Shown one piece after another: positions 61,120 through 64,000 of a DNA stretch of 64,000 nt. Source of the stretch: Eledone cirrhosa (taxonomy: Eukaryota); contig OZ024742.1 of the NCBI GenBank assembly GCA_964016885.1, positions 158,286,001 through 158,350,000 of the forward strand, read 5' to 3'. The notes under the pieces are model-generated. The model ran no database searches. It was not told the DNA's origin and saw only the letters and a program-made list of their open reading frames with translations. The position numbers and the translations under genes were made by a program. Position 1 is the stretch's first letter, and the number at the start of each line of letters is the position of its first letter.

Positions 61120-63506
61120 ATTGTTATACTTTGGGAGGGTCATGTTGCCAAGAAGAAACACACGCACCAGTTGTTTCACTTCAATTTATTATATATTTAT
61201 AAATTTATAAATTTACAAATCTACAAACATATAAATTTCTGGTTGGTTGGTTGGTTCCACAACCAGATAGTTGTTTATATATAGTCATAGTCCTTTCGTC
61301 ACACACTATGTGACCTCTTCAGTGACTGGGGATTCCTTTCCTTTGTTTCTGTGCCTTTCCTTTCTTCTATCCTACGCCATTTTGTTTCTGTGTGTGTCTT
61401 GTGTGCTCAGTTTGCGCATGCGCCACATCCGGGTGTCTGTGTGTGTTTGTGTTCATTTATCTATTTGTTTATTTATTTTATTTATTTATTGTTGGTTGGT
61501 TGTTTGTTCTATGTGTGTGTGTGTCTTCATTTTGTCCTGTGTGTGTTTTCATTTTGTCCTTAATTGTAAGTTGTTTGTTCTATGTGTGTGTGTGTTTTCA
61601 TTTTTTCCTGTGTGTGTTTTCATTTTGTCCTTAATTGTAAGTTGTGATGTTGCTGTTCCACTCATATTTTCTATTTAATTTTGGTTTTAATTCTTTTATG
61701 CTTACTGCCTCTGTAATTTGCCTAAACATTGCGTCTTTTCTGTGTGTGGATTCTATTTTTATTTCTATGTTCTCTAATTTACCCCTGTGCTCTATCTTAG
61801 CATGTTGGTAGAGCACAGATGATTCTTTATTATCTTGGAGGTCTCGCCAGTGTTCATTTATTCATTTCCCTATACTACGAGCTGTCTCACCTATGTACAC
61901 TATATTTTTGTTTCTACATTGTCCTTCTGTACATCTTATGCTATACACTACATTTCTAGTTTTACAGTTAATATGGGGGCTTATTTTACAGGTTATACAT
62001 TTATCTATACATGAGGGTCTTTGGAACGGGTATGTCTTGCTAATAAGTGTTTTTACGGAGGTACCTGGTCTTTCTACTATCTTAATACTGAGATTATGTT
62101 TATTTAGGGCCCTTCTAAATTTGTAGGCTAGTTCGCCTCTAGGGGTTGTATTGATGAACATTACACTCTGGTATTTATTGCTATCATACCATGAGTTTAT
62201 TCTATTGGCCTTGTTCCTAGTTCTTACTATTCTTTTCCAAAATTTGCTCCTATACAAGGGGCAGGTCCCATTTATGTCATTATTTACCATTTTTTCCCAT
62301 TTGGTTCTGGCTCCTTTATACACTCTGATTCTATCTCTCTGATTGTAGCCAGAGAACTGCATACGGTGGATGAAGTGTTGTATGTGTCTCTCTAGTTGTT
62401 CGGGGTTGCACATGCGGGACACATTTCTCATCACCCGTACCAATCCGCAATCAGTATGTTGATTTTGGTATGGTCCGAAATGGCCGAGTTTCGGTGGATC
62501 AGATGTTTGGAAGTCATGGGTTTGGCATAATGGGAATGGAGGATTTGTTTTTGGTTGTTAATGGTATCTAACCAGAGCTCTGTATCTAGTACAGGTAATC
62601 GATGGTTGGGGTGTCTACTTGGGTAGTCTATAGTAACTCTAATGCTCTGGTGGATGGAGTTTGCTATTTGCTGGATGCTTTCCATTGTGTTTTTCTCTAG
62701 TTCCTGACTGTTCTTTAGTGGGGATGTCTTAACTACGATGTTTATATCATCTACGTAGCGGGAGTACATTATCAGGGTTAAGCTGTCTTCTAATTGTTCT
62801 TTAAGTTTTTGTTTAAGTCTACTGTCCCACCATACCATGAATAAGTTAGCTATGTCGCCTGCAATGCTAACACCAATGGCTGCTCCTTCCTCTTGGGCAT
62901 ATGTTTTACCATTAAATTTGAACATATGTTCCTTAAGGGTTAATTTTATGCTGGCCCCTACCGCATGTGCAATCATTTTCTTCAGTTCATCGTGGTTTTC
63001 GGGTGTCCGTATGGCTCTGGTCCACCCGTTCCATCTATCTGTGTGGGTTTTCTTGGCCAGTGAGGTAATGGTAGGTGGTCTGCCTCTTGCTGGTCTTGTA
63101 GGGCACAGGTTGCTAAGGTCATAAGTGTCTAGGTAACTATTACTATGGGTAAGCTTAAGTAGAAGTCCCAGCTCACTGGTATCAATCCCGCGGAACTCAA
63201 CCTTGCTCTCGCTGATCATTTCTACGCATTTCTCCACGGCAAAATCCACGTCAATAGATGGATACAGGGACACAACATCCATACTGCCTATTATGCAGTT
63301 TGTTAGGTCCCCAGATCGGTTACTCACGCCGATTCTGCTGAGGAGGTCCTCCGTGCTGTCACACACATCTGGGGACATCTCAATGATGGGGCGTATGATC
63401 AGGGAGAGGAAGTAGGACAGTCTGTAGTTACTAGCAATGTTAGCCCCACAGACTGGCCGTGTTGGTGGTCCCTCGACAGGGTCCCAGCCCGTTTTATGGT
63501 CTTTTC
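61120..63506 (-). mobile_element. Related but distinct Neptune-type PLE, 5'-truncated, with a frameshift and a premature stop
   Basis: [26 protein letters not shown] and YIGETAR in ORFs 62431-63531, 61862-62443 and 61631-61816. Confidence 0.93.
61283..61327 (-). ncRNA. Minimal type I hammerhead ribozyme in pLTR
   Basis: Minus strand AGTCA-CTGAAGA-g-GTCACA-tagtg-TGTGAC-GAAA-GGAC-TA-TGACT. Confidence 0.8.
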
Positions 63507-63507
63507 G

Positions 63508-64000
63508 AGAGAGACACATACAACACTTCATCCACCGTATGCAGTTCTCTGGCTACAATCAGAGAGATAGAATCAGAGTGTATAAAGGAGCCAGAACCAA
63601 ATGGGAAAAAATGGTAAATAATGACATAAATGGGACCTGCCCCTTGTATAGGAGCAAATTTTGGAAAAGAATAGAAAGAACTAGGAACAAGGCCAATAGA
63701 ATAAACTCATGGTATGATAGCAATAAATACCAGAGTGTAATGTTCATCAATACAACCCCTAGAGGCGAACTAGCCTACAAATTTAGAAGGGCCCTAAATA
63801 AACATAATCTCAGTATTAAGATAGTAGAAAGACCAGGTACCTCCGTAAAAACACTTATTAGCAAGACATACCCGTTCCAAAGACCCTCATGTATAGATAA
63901 ATGTATAACCTGTAAAATAAGCCCCCATATTAACTGTAAAACTAGAAATGTAGTGTATAGCATAAGATGTACAGAAGGACAATGTAGAAACAAAAATATA
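63508..64000 (+). mobile_element. Inverted partial copy of the adjacent PLE
   Basis: Reverse complement of 61901-62393, nearly identical. Confidence 0.92.

Noticed and set aside
61862-61864. In-frame TGA in a GIY-YIG as possible selenocysteine, as reported for some Naiad PLEs
   Set aside because: It aligns with Arg (GERI in sister copies), not Cys. The Naiad-type fragments at 39.4 and 44.6-45.3 kb use normal Cys codons where I checked.

Overview
This is an AT-rich, repeat-saturated eukaryotic window, most likely from an octopod cephalopod judging by its tRNA-derived CORE-type SINEs and huge (TA)n tracts. I see no intact host gene. The left part (1-13 kb) is a nest of non-LTR retrotransposons in (ATT)n microsatellites: a Tx1/L1-like 3' end, three R4/Dong-like RT+RLE copies and tandem SINEs. 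The middle (13-27 kb) holds decayed LINEs, a possible pseudo-exon and a long-TIR element. The right part (27-64 kb) is (TA)n DNA with islands of Penelope-like elements (PLEs: RT + GIY-YIG) and short non-coding elements. The main signal missed by the ORF track is about 13 type I hammerhead ribozyme (HHR) motifs in these islands, roughly half with fully intact cores and stems. They include a tandem pair 542 nt apart (retrozyme-like) and fold-back palindromes, one centred on an HHR stem II loop. A ~610-bp non-autonomous RTE derivative has a candidate HDV-like fold at its 5' end. All structures were read by eye; no folding or database search was run.
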